From Ginglymostoma cirratum (lineage: Eukaryota), in NCBI GenBank assembly GCA_024137785.1, contig JAHRHZ010000061.1, positions 16,392,207 through 16,456,206 on the forward strand: a stretch of 64,000 bases of DNA, read 5' to 3'. This document shows, one piece after another, positions 12,141 to 23,489 of this stretch (positions within the stretch are counted from its first letter, which is position 1; each line of letters starts with the position of its first letter). Made by a program: the position numbers and the translations under genes. The notes beneath the pieces were generated by a model that was not told the DNA's origin, ran no database searches, and saw only the letters and a program-made list of their open reading frames with translations.

Positions 12141-14085
12141 GGATATGGGGTTCTTTTTCATGTTGGCAACCTGTGACCAGTAGGGTTCCACGGGGATCAG
12201 TACTGGAACCATAACAGTTTACAATATACATCAACAACTTGGGGGAAGGAAGTGAATGTGTTGTAGTCAAATTTGCAAATGGCGCAAAAATAGGTAGGTT
12301 ACATGAGGGATACAAACAGTTTATGGAGAGATGTTGATTGGCTGAGTAAGTAGGCAAAAATTTGGTAAATGGAGTGTAATGGGGAAGATGTGAACTTGTT
12401 AATTTTGGAAGGGAGAACAAACGAATAATGTACTATGTAACTTGAAAAAAACTGCAGAAAGATGCGGCACAAAGGGATTTGGAGGTACTTGTACATGAAA
12501 CTCAGAAAGCTAGCACACAGGTGCAGCAGGTAATCATGGAAACATTAGGAACATAGAAAATAGGTGCAGGAGTGAGCTATACGGCCCTTTAAACCTGCAC
12601 CACCATTCAATATGATCATGGCTGATCATGCAATCTTAGTATCCCATTCCCACTTTCTTCTCCCCTTGATCCCTTTAGCCACAAGGGCCACTTCCAGCTC
12701 CCTCTTGAATATATCTAATGAACTGTCCCCAACAGCTTCCTGTGGGAGCGAATTCCACAGATTCCCAACTCCCTGAGTGAAGAAATTCTTCCCCATTTCA
12801 GCCCTGAATGGTTTATCCCTTATTCTTAAACTGTGACCTCTAGTTCTGGACTTCCTAAACATTGGGAACATTCTTCCTGCATCTAGCCTGTTCAGTCCCA
12901 TCAGGATTTTATATGTTTCTGTGAGATCCCCCCTCCCCTCATTATTCTAACTTCCAGATAGTACAAGCCCAATCAATCCTATCTTTCCTCATAAGTTAGT
13001 CAATCAGGAAAACTGGTGGAATTTTGGCCCGTATTTCAAGGGGATTGGAGCATAAGAGTAGGAAAGTGTTATTGCAACTTTACAAAGTGCTGGTGAGACC
13101 ACATATGGAGTACTGCAAGCTATTTTGGTCCTCTAATTTAAGAAAATGTATTATTTCATTGGAAGCAGTTTGGAGAATGTTCATGAGGGCGATTCTCAGT
13201 GTAGAGGGAATGTCTTATGAACAAAGGTTAAATAGGCTGGGTCAAAGGGCTGAACAATGTATTCCATCTTCTATTTCTTATGATTTTGTGTATCCATCTG
13301 CTTAGGGTTCACAACATCATGCCTTCTAATTCTTCAATATCCTTACTGTCTCCACTCCTCACAGCAGCACTATGAGGAAGATTAATAGCTATGCTTACAA
13401 TGGAGTGAACTTATACATTCAAGAGGGAAAAGCTTAAAAACAAGAAAATAAAATGTTTTGGGAGTGTATGAGAGTTTGACAATAATGATCAAGGGTAATT
13501 TTGAGTTAAGAACTTACACTGCTTTCAAAGACTAAACCGGTTTGATTAGATTAAGGAACAATAAACAGTTAGATCACTGAATATTTCATACAACCTACAA
13601 ATAATGAGAAGGAGTTTGAGGGGCCAATCTGCAGGAATTGTTAAGAAGAATGTAAAGATAATAGAGCAATCATAGTTAGAAATGTCACTAACATAATGTA
13701 GACTGGAGGCAGGAGTCAGATTTAAGGGTAATGTGTATGGAGAATTATTACACATAGTTTGAGCAATATGTTTCTAAAATATGTTAGAAACATATTGACG
13801 AAGAATTCACTTGTAGATCTAGTTCTGGGACTGAAGTAGTTTCCGTGGAAAAAGTTTCCGTGGGCGAGCATCTGAGAAATAGTGATTATAATATAATGCT
13901 GTTTAAATTACTTATGTAAAGAGGCAATGAAAAATCAGCAGCGAAGGTCCTTCTCGACTGGACGAGAGTCAATTACAGCGATTTGAAAAAGTCCCAGTAT
14001 GCATCGGCCAGAAGAAAAGACTGATCAGGAACATTGTCAGCCTTCAGGTAGTTTGGGTACAAAGCGATCACAATTCCATAAGGAG

Positions 14086-15331
14086 AGAAAAGGTGCTGGA
14101 GAATCCGAGATAACAAGGCATGGGGCTGGATGAGCACAGCAGGTCAAGCAGCATCATAGGAGCAGGAAAACTTGACGTTTCGGGACTAGACCCTTCATCA
14201 GAAATGGGGGAGGGGAAGAGGGTTCTGAAATAAATAGGGAGAGAGGGGGACGCGGATAGAGGACGGATAGAGGAGAGGGTAACACATCCCTCATGCCCCG
14301 TCCCCGCAATAATAACCGAAAAAGAATCCCCCTCTTCCTCACGTACCACACCACCAACCTCCAGATCCAACGCATCATCCTCCGACACTTCCGCCATCTG
14401 CAATCCGACCCCACCACCAAAGACATTTTTCCCTCCCCACCCTGATCTGCCTTCCGGAGGGACCACTCCCTCCGTGACTCCCTTGTCCGCTCCACACTCC
14501 CCTCCAGCCCCACCACACCTGGCACTTTTCCCTGCAACCACAGGAAGTGCTACACCTGCCCCCACACCTCCTCCCTCACCCCAATCCCAGGCCCCAAGAA
14601 GACTTTCCACATCAGGCAGATGTTCACCTGCACATCTGCCAATGTGGTATACTGCATCTGCTGTACCCGTTGTGGCCTCCTCTACATCGGGGAAACCAAG
14701 CGGAGGCTTGGGGACCGCTTTGCAGAACACCAGCGCTCAGTTCGCAACAAACAACTGCACCTCCCAGTTGCGAACCATTTCAACTCCCCCTCCCATTCCT
14801 CAGACGACATGTCCATCCTGGGCCTCCTACAATACCACAGTGATGCCACCCGAAGGCTGCAGGAACAGCAAATCATATTCAGCCTGGGAACCCTGCAGCC
14901 CAATGGTATCAATGTGGATTTCACAAGCTTCAAAATCTCCCCTCCCCCAACCGCATCCCAAAACTAGCCCAGCTCATCTCCACCTCCCTAACCTGTTTTT
15001 CCTCTCACCTCAAGCCCCACCCCCATCTCCTATCTACTAACATCATCCCGCCCCCTTGACCTGTCCGTCCTCCCTGGACTGACCTATCTCTTCCCTACCC
15101 CCCTACCTACACTCACCTTTACTGGCTCCATCCCCGCCTCTTCGACTTGTCTGCCTCCTCTCCACCTATCCTCTCCTCTATCCATCCTCTATCCGCCTCT
15201 CCCTATTTATTTCAGAACCCTCTTCCCCTCCCCCATTTCTGGTGAAGGGTCTAGGCCCGAAACGTCAAGTTTTCCTACTCCTATGATGCTGCTTGGCCTG
15301 CTGTGTTCATCCAGCCCCACACCGTGTTATC
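14086..15331 (+). mobile_element. Penelope-like element family A with inverted 5' pseudo-LTR copy
   Basis: GIY-YIG ORF at 14620-14967; inverted pLTR at about 14086-14280 and forward pLTR ending at 15331. A 17-bp TSD cacaattccataaggag lies at 14069-14085 and 15332-15348. Confidence 0.93.
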
Positions 15332-15977
15332 CACAATTCCATAAGGAGTCAAGATTCACAGCCAGGGCTCCCTGTATGACAAAAGAACTAAAAAAAGATG
15401 GAATAGGAAAAATGAGCCATGCCTTCAGGCTACTTTCAGGCATGAAGGATTTGGAGATATGGTAGCGTCATGGCAACACCCAGAGTACATACTGCACAAG
15501 TCTTTTATTATATTTGCTCACCTGTTGAACATGAATGGAATGCAATCCTTTGTAATTAAGAGAAATGTTTCTGGTTGATTTAATTCACTAAATGCATCTA
15601 ATTTAACTTGTGTTAAAAGTGAAAGAGGCAGATTGGATTTGCATTTTCCATTCTTGATATTTTAACTGACCTGTACCTCTTACCCCCACTCCCAGATGTC
15701 AGATGGGGCTGGAAATAGTGGGAGGTAGAATTTCCACCTCTATCTTGCCCGAAACAATCACTTGATTTTACATCAGTAGTTTACAGTAACCACCCCATTC
15801 AATTATTATATTCTTTCATGGGATAGGAGTGTCGCTGGCAGGCACCATAATCAAGAGCTAACCACTTCGTGGTGGGTCTGAAGTCACATGTAGGCCAAAC
15901 CAGGTAAGGACAGTAGAGTTCCTTCCCAAAAGGAACTCACTGAAACAGAGGGCTGTTGATGAGAATTGTAATGGTCA

Positions 15978-17762
15978 TGGAAATGACACCACAGAGGCCA
16001 GTATCCCATCACCAAGTCATCTTGTATTTACATGTGGAGAATTCTTACCACTGATCCAATTCCCGCAGAGTGAATGGGATGTGACACTTCTGTTTGTATT
16101 TGGCAACCAGGGCTCCCTGATTGGACCAGGTTAACAGCCCCAATCAGGGAATTCATACCCTGTGAGGTTCACCTGACTGTCCTCTTTACAGTCACTACAT
16201 CTTTCCCACTCTGTGTCTGAGGACATAGGTCACCATTTTTTGCAGTGCCTCCGGGGGCATTTTAGCATTGGGTCAGAGTCCTCTGACTCTGTCTGGGTTA
16301 CAGCTGGTATTTAACACACTGTAGCTCGTCTCTTGTGCCTGGGTGTGTCTTGGTAGATATGCATTCTCTTTTTCAGGCGGCAAAGGCACCGAGACTGCAA
16401 TATCCATTGTATCCATCTCAGATTCCGAGATATTTTCAACACTTGACTGAGACGGAGAACCTATGGTTTCCGTCAGCCTTTCCAACTGTTCCCAGGAGCC
16501 AGGCACATTTTGCTCCCACCCTGTTTGCGAGTTTTCAGCTTTCTTATGGTCCATGTGCTTGTATAGGACTGTTGCACCTACCCAAATTTTATACATCGCT
16601 GGACCTGACCTTGCATTGACCATGCCTCTTACCCATGCGACTTTAGGAAATACTCAAATACCCTGCTGGTAAACGATGGCTCCTTATCTCTGAACAATAC
16701 TTCTGTCAGTCCTTGTATTGGAAAAGATATGTGCAGTTTTTCTATCATTGTCCCCCTGCCTGACAAACGAACACTATGCATGTCCAACCACTTTGAGTGG
16801 GCATCCACAATGACTAAAAACATTGAGTCCATGAAAGGACCTGCAATGTGAATGTATGACCGAGTCCAGGGCTTACCCAGCCATTCCCACAAATGTGGTG
16901 GGGGCTGCTGCTGGTGGTAATTTTTGTCTTTGTTGGCACTTGTCCTTGAAGTGTTTCCAGAAAATTTAAAACCTTCCAGTGGTGGTACCACTAGCGGTGT
17001 ATCTGCCAGCAGGAGGCAGCTCAATGCATCCAGATTTGCAACTTGGCCTCTGGAATGGTGTTCTACATTTTAATTATATGCACTTAGTATTAGAGCACAC
17101 CGTTGAATTCAGCCTGACGCTATTGGTGGCACTGCTTTGTCCTCTTTAAGTTGACCTAGCAGGGCTTTAAAAACGATAGTATGTCAGAATTAGAGGAGGC
17201 TTGGGATCATAGTCCTCAACTAAATCCACCAACTCCTGAAAGATTTTAGTATCTGGTGCCTCAGGGAAAGAGAGGCTTCTAAAAACCGAAAAATCTGCAG
17301 GTCCACAGGCTGTCTGGAGAATTATTCATTGCTTTTCATCTGCCCCAGTGTCATTGCCTGGAAAAACTAATGCATTCTTTCCACATACTGGACCCAGCCT
17401 TCAGTGGCTGGATTGAACAAATGAAACTTCCCAAATAACAGCATATTGCCAGAAATGCTTACCCCAACTCAAAAATGACTGTTGTGAGCAAATTCCTTCA
17501 GGACCGTCCTTTACGCTTGTCACCACTGGAATAACTCCACAGAGGCTGGTATCCTGCCAACAAGTCACCCTTTATTTAGGCTCGGAGAGTCCTTGACACT
17601 GACCCAGCTCCCTCAGAGCCGTCTCTCAGAGTGAGCTGAACCTCTGACACTTCTGTTTTTATCTGTCAGCCTGGGCTCCCTGATTGGACCAGGTTAACAG
17701 CCCCAATCAGGGATCTCAAATTCTATGAGGTCCACCTGGCTGACCTCATTATAATCACCACA
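15978..17762 (-). mobile_element. Internally deleted Gypsy-type LTR retrotransposon nested in a SINE
   Basis: Diverged direct repeats at 15978-16199 and 17527-17762 (TG...CA on the minus strand), with a PPT at 16200-16210 and a PBS-like tggtgac next to the 5' LTR. Integrase remnant at 16629-17024 (WEWLGKPWTR..AGPFMDSMFLVIVDAHSKW...FTSRVFEYFLKSHG). Confidence 0.85.
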
Positions 17763-19161
17763 CTAACCATTGAGGCTTGCTCCAAATTCCTCATTTATTA
17801 ACTGAATCCAAATTTCACCAGCTACCATGATAGAATTTGAGCCAGGAATCAACACAAATGTCTGAATTACAAGTCCAATTACATAACCACTGTGTTACTG
17901 TCTTCCATCTACTGATATAATGAGTAAGGGAGGGAATAGCACATATGATTCTGACAGCAGCATGCAGATCATTTTTGAGTGAAACAAAAGTATCTTCGTA
18001 TCGGAGCAGAGTTCATGCTGAATGGGAATAGAATGGGGGTCAAAAGTACAGTGTACAGCAACTGCTGCACTAATGAATTCGGAAAGATGACATAGCAGAG
18101 TAACCAGCGATTTGTTCTGCAGTTGGTGTGCAGTGTGTGGAATCAGGTGATTAGCACAATTGTTTTGGGATGGCTTGTTATTAAGTCATACGGCAGGGTT
18201 GGTGTAGCAGCTGATATTGCTGTGATTCTAGCGTCAGGGAAGATCACCCTACAGCTTAAATACACGCAAGCAGAGACAGACTAGGTAAAGTTAAGGAGGA
18301 CTAGAATACATAGAGCCATAGAGTCACACAGCACGGAAACAGACCCTTCACTCCAACCAGTCCATGCCGACCATAATCCCAAACTAAACGCGTCGCACCT
18401 GCATACACTTCGCCCATACTCCTCCAAGCAATTCTTGTTCGTGTGCTTACCTAAATGCCTTTTAAATGTTGTACCTATACCCGTATCTACCACTTCCTCG
18501 AGAAATTCATTCCACGTACGAACCGTTTTCTGTGTAAAAAAAAGCCCCTTACATCTTTTTCAAATTGTTTTCCTCTCACCTTAAAAATATGCACCCTAGT
18601 CTTGAAAACCCCCCCAGCCTAGGGAAAAGACACTTGCCATTCACCTTATCTATACCCCTCGTTATTTTATAAAACTCTATAAGGTCATTTCTCAACCTCC
18701 TACACTCTAGTGGAAAAAGTCCCAGCCGCCCGGCCTCTCCTTATAACACAAATTGTTACCTCACACCATTCATGTAGTACAAGCCAATTTGACTATATTA
18801 TGCAGTATGGAATAAATCAGTCATTAGTCTCAGAAGTACCAGGGATTTGTTAAGGTAACACATTAGAGAACAAGCAGTGCTCTCAGTGATAATATGTTGG
18901 TGGTGTTTTGATTGCTTTTTACCTCAGGCTCTTACCTGAGCCCACTGATAGCATCAGTTCGTTTGCAGTGATTCATTGTTTGAAGCAGGTGACTCACACA
19001 TTGTTTGGCAGAATGGATAATGTCATCACTATTCCCTACAGGATGAAGAGAGGAAGGAGGAGTAAGAGCACTAGGTGTTTTCTTTAGATAGCGTTTTCCC
19101 CAAGGTCCACTGTGTTATTGACATTTACAATGCAAACATGAACACAGGAGCCTCTTACACA

Positions 19162-19554
19162 CCTCCCTAACCTGTTTTTCCTCTCACCTCAAGCCACACC
19201 CCCATCTCCTATCTACTAACATCATCCCGCCCCCTTGACCTGTCCGTCCTCCCTGGACTGACCTATCTCCTCCCTACCCCCCCACCTACACTCACCTTTA
19301 CTGGCTCCATCCCCGCCTCTTCGATTTGTCAGCCTCCTCTCCACCTATCCTCTCCTTTATCCATCCTCTATCCACCTCCCCCTCTCTCCCTATTTATTTC
19401 AGAACCCTCTTCCCCTCCCCCATTTCTGATGAAGGGTTTAGGCCCGAAACGTCAAGTTTTCCTGCTCCTATGATGCTGCTTGACCTGCTGTGTTCATCCA
19501 GCCCCATGCTTGTTATCTCGGATTCTCCAGCATCTGCAGTACCTTTTATCCCTC
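19162..19554 (+). mobile_element. PLE family A pseudo-LTR-only insertion with intact hammerhead core
   Basis: Near-identical to about 14983-15331. Contains ctgatgaagggtttaggcccgaaacgtc at about 19426-19453. A 13-bp TSD agcctcttacaca lies at 19149-19161 and 19555-19567. Confidence 0.9.
19420..19460 (+). ncRNA. Minimal hammerhead ribozyme motif (PLE type)
   Basis: CUGAUGA - stem II (gggtttaggccc) - GAAAC - GUC, with a palindromic minimal stem III. The same core occurs on the minus strand at about 14174-14201 (ctgatgaagggtctagtcccgaaacgtc). Activity is untested. Confidence 0.7.
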
Positions 19555-22500
19555 AGCCTCTTACACAAACTGTAAAGGATTTTATTCACTCAAAATCCAA
19601 CCTTTCATGTGAGACGAAAGGAAACAATGACATCAAGGAAGCATTTCATCAAATACGGTATGAACGAAAAAGAAACCCAAAGAACTTCAGATGCTGCAAA
19701 TCAGAAGCAAAAGCAGCAATTGCTGGAAAAACTCAGCAGGTCCACCAGCATCTGTAGAAACCAAGCAGAGTCAATGTTTTGGGTCCACTGACCCCTCTTC
19801 AGAACTGATTGTAGCTAGGAAAAGAACCCTACCAAAATTGGACTGAATGGGAATCAGTGGGAAAACTCTCGACAGTTTGGAGTGATAGCTAGCACAAAGG
19901 ATGATGGGTTGGAGTTACTGGAGGTCAATCATCTCAGCTCCAGGATGTCACAGCAAGTATTTGTCCTAGGTCCAACTACGTTCATTTATTTCATTAATAC
20001 TTTCCTTTTGTTGTATGGGGATGGAATCTTGCCAGCCCAAGAATGATAGGTGAAAGAATGGTGAAAAAGTTGGGAAATTGACATGAGATGGCCAGTAAGG
20101 AGCTTCTTGGTCAAGAGTGAAATGTTCCAATTGCCAAACAGTGGGCTCAGCATCCCTTCTGAGTGGACTTTATGGAATATTTCGGAAATCGCCAAACCTC
20201 ATGGACACTGGAGATGCAAATAAAAGCCGAGGCCCAACATACACGCACACACACAAAAAAAAGGCTGCAATGTGTGTGTGTAGGAGGTTGATCTCAGACA
20301 TTCCAACATCACAACTGAACTAATACGATTAAAAGGATTAGAATTTGGTGCATCATTTTCACAGTAACACAGGATAACAGCCATAATAGAACTTAATTAA
20401 GAAATAGAACAGACCATTGTTACAAACATACAGATCAGCTTTGGTGCTGGGTTACCTCACTTTAGCAATATTTATTGTGGAAATTACATTAATATCGAGT
20501 AGGTATGTCTGAGTCAGGAGGATCAAGGGAAGTGCTAGTCCAATGGGCCAGGGAGTGGCAGATATTGTTTAATTTAGATAAGTGTTGCATTTTGGAAAGG
20601 CAAATCAGGGCAGGACTTATATGGTTAATTGTAGGGCCCCAGGGAGTGTTGCTGAACAGAGAGACTTGCAGTGCAGGTGCATTGTTCCTTGACAGTGGAG
20701 TGGCAGACATGGTGCTTAAGAACGCATTTGGCATGCTTGCCTTTATTAGTCAGTGTATTGAGTATAGGAGTTGGGACTTCATATTGTGGCTGTACAGGAC
20801 ACTGGTTAGGCCACTTTTGGAACAATGCGTTCAATTCTGGCTTCCCTGCTGTAGGAAGGATGTTGTGAAATTTGAAAGGGTTCAGAAAATAATTTCAAGG
20901 ATGTTGCCAGGGTTGGAGGGTTTGAGCCATAAGGAGATGCTGAATAGGCTGGGGCTATTTTCCCTGGAGATTTGGAGGCTGAGGGATGACCTGAGCATCT
21001 ATGTGCCACATTACACTCATTGAAATCTCCCACCCACTGCAGGGAAGTACTTGCCATTGCTAGGACCTCCCAGAATTCACCCACCAACATTGGTAGCCTC
21101 ATCTCATCCTTTGTTTGCTGTGATCTGCCTGTACCGCCCTTAAACAAAGCTTTACACTGTATTTTGGGACATGTGACAATAACTCAATCAATTAATCAAT
21201 CAGCAGAGGAGCAAAGATTATAATGAAGTCAGGCCTCTGGCAGATTCTACACTGGACATACCATTATCAGTATAAAACAACAGTACCAAAGCCTTGCTGC
21301 AATGTGGTTGTTACCTGTTCAGAAACTTGTATTCCCTTTGAATGAAAAGATTGAAGGGTGATTAGATTAATGTATTTAAAATATGAATACAGTCCACAGG
21401 TCAAATAGAAGGAAACTACTCCCCCTGGTGGGGAAGACAGTACAATGGGACAAAGCCTGAAAGCACTTTTTCAAAGCAGTGGAAATCTGAAACTTCTGAA
21501 GAAGGGTCCCGACCCGAAACGTCAACTTTCCTGCTCCTCTACTGCCTGGCCTGCTGTGTTCCACCAGCTCCACACTATGTTATCTCTGAATCCAGCATTG
21601 GCAGTTCTTACAATCTCTGAAATTGTTCCCTTAAACTATTTTGTTGTTGGGGGTCATTGGAAACATCCTCAACAGCGAAAGGTGCTGCCCAGCAGATCAT
21701 GATGCCTTATTTCTCCATGGAAGGGTTGGGCCTATTTCTTGTTGGGGCGATCATCATATCTTACCAAAGGTCAATATGGCAGGGAATTCCAGACCCTCAT
21801 GCTAGCCAAAATGTGGTTTGCTTCGCTGGTAGATGGACCGTAGAAATCCTAGAATTCACAGTCTCTCCACCCTCAAGTTGTCTGGATTTCCATCCACGTT
21901 TTCAGCTCTCCCAGCATGGCTTCGAGATGTCGGTGAGTTTATATTGTAATATAAAGTAATCCGTTTGTATGGTGATTGGCTGACTGAACCAGACAACGGG
22001 GTGTCTTGGGGTAGTGTCCCTAACTTTGGTCCAGAAGCTCTGGGTTTAAGTCTACTGCTTAGAAACTTGTGGTTGTAGAGGTGTGTCATAAATTGCCAGA
22101 CAGGTTTATTATCAAACTGCATTTGCTACAGGTACATCACTTAGGTCTCAATGCTGTCACTGCCTACCACCAGAGGTTAACTCTTCCAGACGCCTGCTTA
22201 TCTCGTGCTGCTGAAGGTGCAGTTACTCATGTGTCAACGTTCGGCTGTTGAGGTTTTCTGAGCTGAGTATTGCCTTCCATAAGCAATGAAGACATATAAT
22301 TCAGAACCTGACTGTGAACAGAATATTCGACCTTAAAGGGGACCGGATCTGAGAGTGATTATGGCCCGTCCTCTACTCAATTAACCAATAGAGTCATACA
22401 ATATTACAGCATTGAAATAGACCGTTTGGTCCAATTCATCCATGCCGACCAGCTTTCCCAGCCTAAACTGGTCCACATGGGCGTTTAGGTCATATCCCTC

Positions 22501-23289
22501 TAAAGTTTCGTTACAGTAAAGATGTTGTTAAACTTGAAAGGGTTCAGGAAAGATTTACAATGAAGTTGCTGGGATTGGAGGGTTTGAGCTACAGGGAGAG
22601 GCTGAATAGGCTGGGGCTATTTCTTGCGTTAGATGCCAAGGGGTGACTTTATGCAAGTTTATAAAATCATGAGGGGCATGGATAGGGTGAATAGCTAAGG
22701 TCTTTTCTGCAGGGTCGGGGAGTCCAAACTTAAAAGGCATACATAGGTTTAAGGTGAGATGGAAAAGATTTAAAAGGGACTTAAGGGGCAACTTTTTCAT
22801 GCAATGGCTGGGGTGTGTACGGAAAAAGCTGCCAGGGGAAGTGGTGAAGACTGGTACAATGATAACATTTAGAAGGCATATGGATGAGCATATGAATGGA
22901 AATAGTTTAGAGGGATATGGACCAAACGTTGGTGAATGGGACTAGATTAATTTAGGATATCTGGTCAGTGTAGTCAAGTTGGACTGAAGGGTCTGTTTCT
23001 GTGTTGTACATCTCTACGATTCTACTCATACTTCCACTTGACAACTTTGTCTGAAGGAAGCATGTATTAGAAAGCTATGCTACAAAATTCCTGGACTTAT
23101 TTTTCAACTTGTACAGTGACTGAATCTAGGTATCTATGGGAAATATTGGATCAGAGAGTTAACGTTCACGTTTAATTCAGGAATGGTTTGTGATGAAATT
23201 CACATTTAAACAGCAGAGGGCACTCTTTCCAAGTTAAAGCAGAGCATCCTTTGTATCCAAATTGTGTTACACAAGAGGGAATTCGATGA

Positions 23290-23489
23290 TAACAAGGCGT
23301 GGGGCTGGATGAACACAGCAGGCCAAGAAGCATCATAGGAGCAGGAAAACTTGACCTTTCGGGCCTAAGGGTCTAGGCCCGAAACGTCAAGTTTTCCTGC
23401 TCCTATGATGCTGCTTGGCCTGCTGTGTTCATCCAGCCCCACGCCTTGTTATCTCGGATTCTCCAGCATCTGCAGTACCTTTTATCTCT
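23290..23489. mobile_element. Palindromic PLE family A mini-element
   Basis: Inverted arms of about 80 bp (23288-23367 and 23374-23453) with a 6-nt loop. A 15-bp TSD gagggaattcgatga lies at 23275-23289 and 23490-23504. Confidence 0.9.

Larger units (their letters stand above)
8700..13300 (+). mobile_element. Old CR1 ORF2 broken by nested insertions
   Basis: Colinear CR1 remnants at about 8700-8890, 10150-11059, 12141-12540 and 13005-13300 (NIKTDNKSFFKYIK, NYSPISRTS, LYKVLVRPHMEYC). They are interrupted by the young CR1 (8955-10147), a PLE (11060-12140) and a minus-strand CR1 (12545-13000). Confidence 0.75.
18900..19610 (+). mobile_element. Degenerate PIF/Harbinger transposase remnant, split by a PLE pLTR
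   Basis: Fragments IHCLKQVTHTLFGRMDNVITIP, FPKVHCVID and (after the PLE) NCKGFYSLKIQ match the recalled Harbinger motifs CIxQVTxAL, FPxVxGAID and NRKGFHSLNVQ. Confidence 0.6.

Noticed and set aside
10866-15040. Long Pro/Ser/Thr-rich ORFs (10866-11561, 11800-12420, 14068-14730, 14474-15040)
   Set aside because: These are alternative or antisense frames of C-rich Penelope sequence, not host genes.
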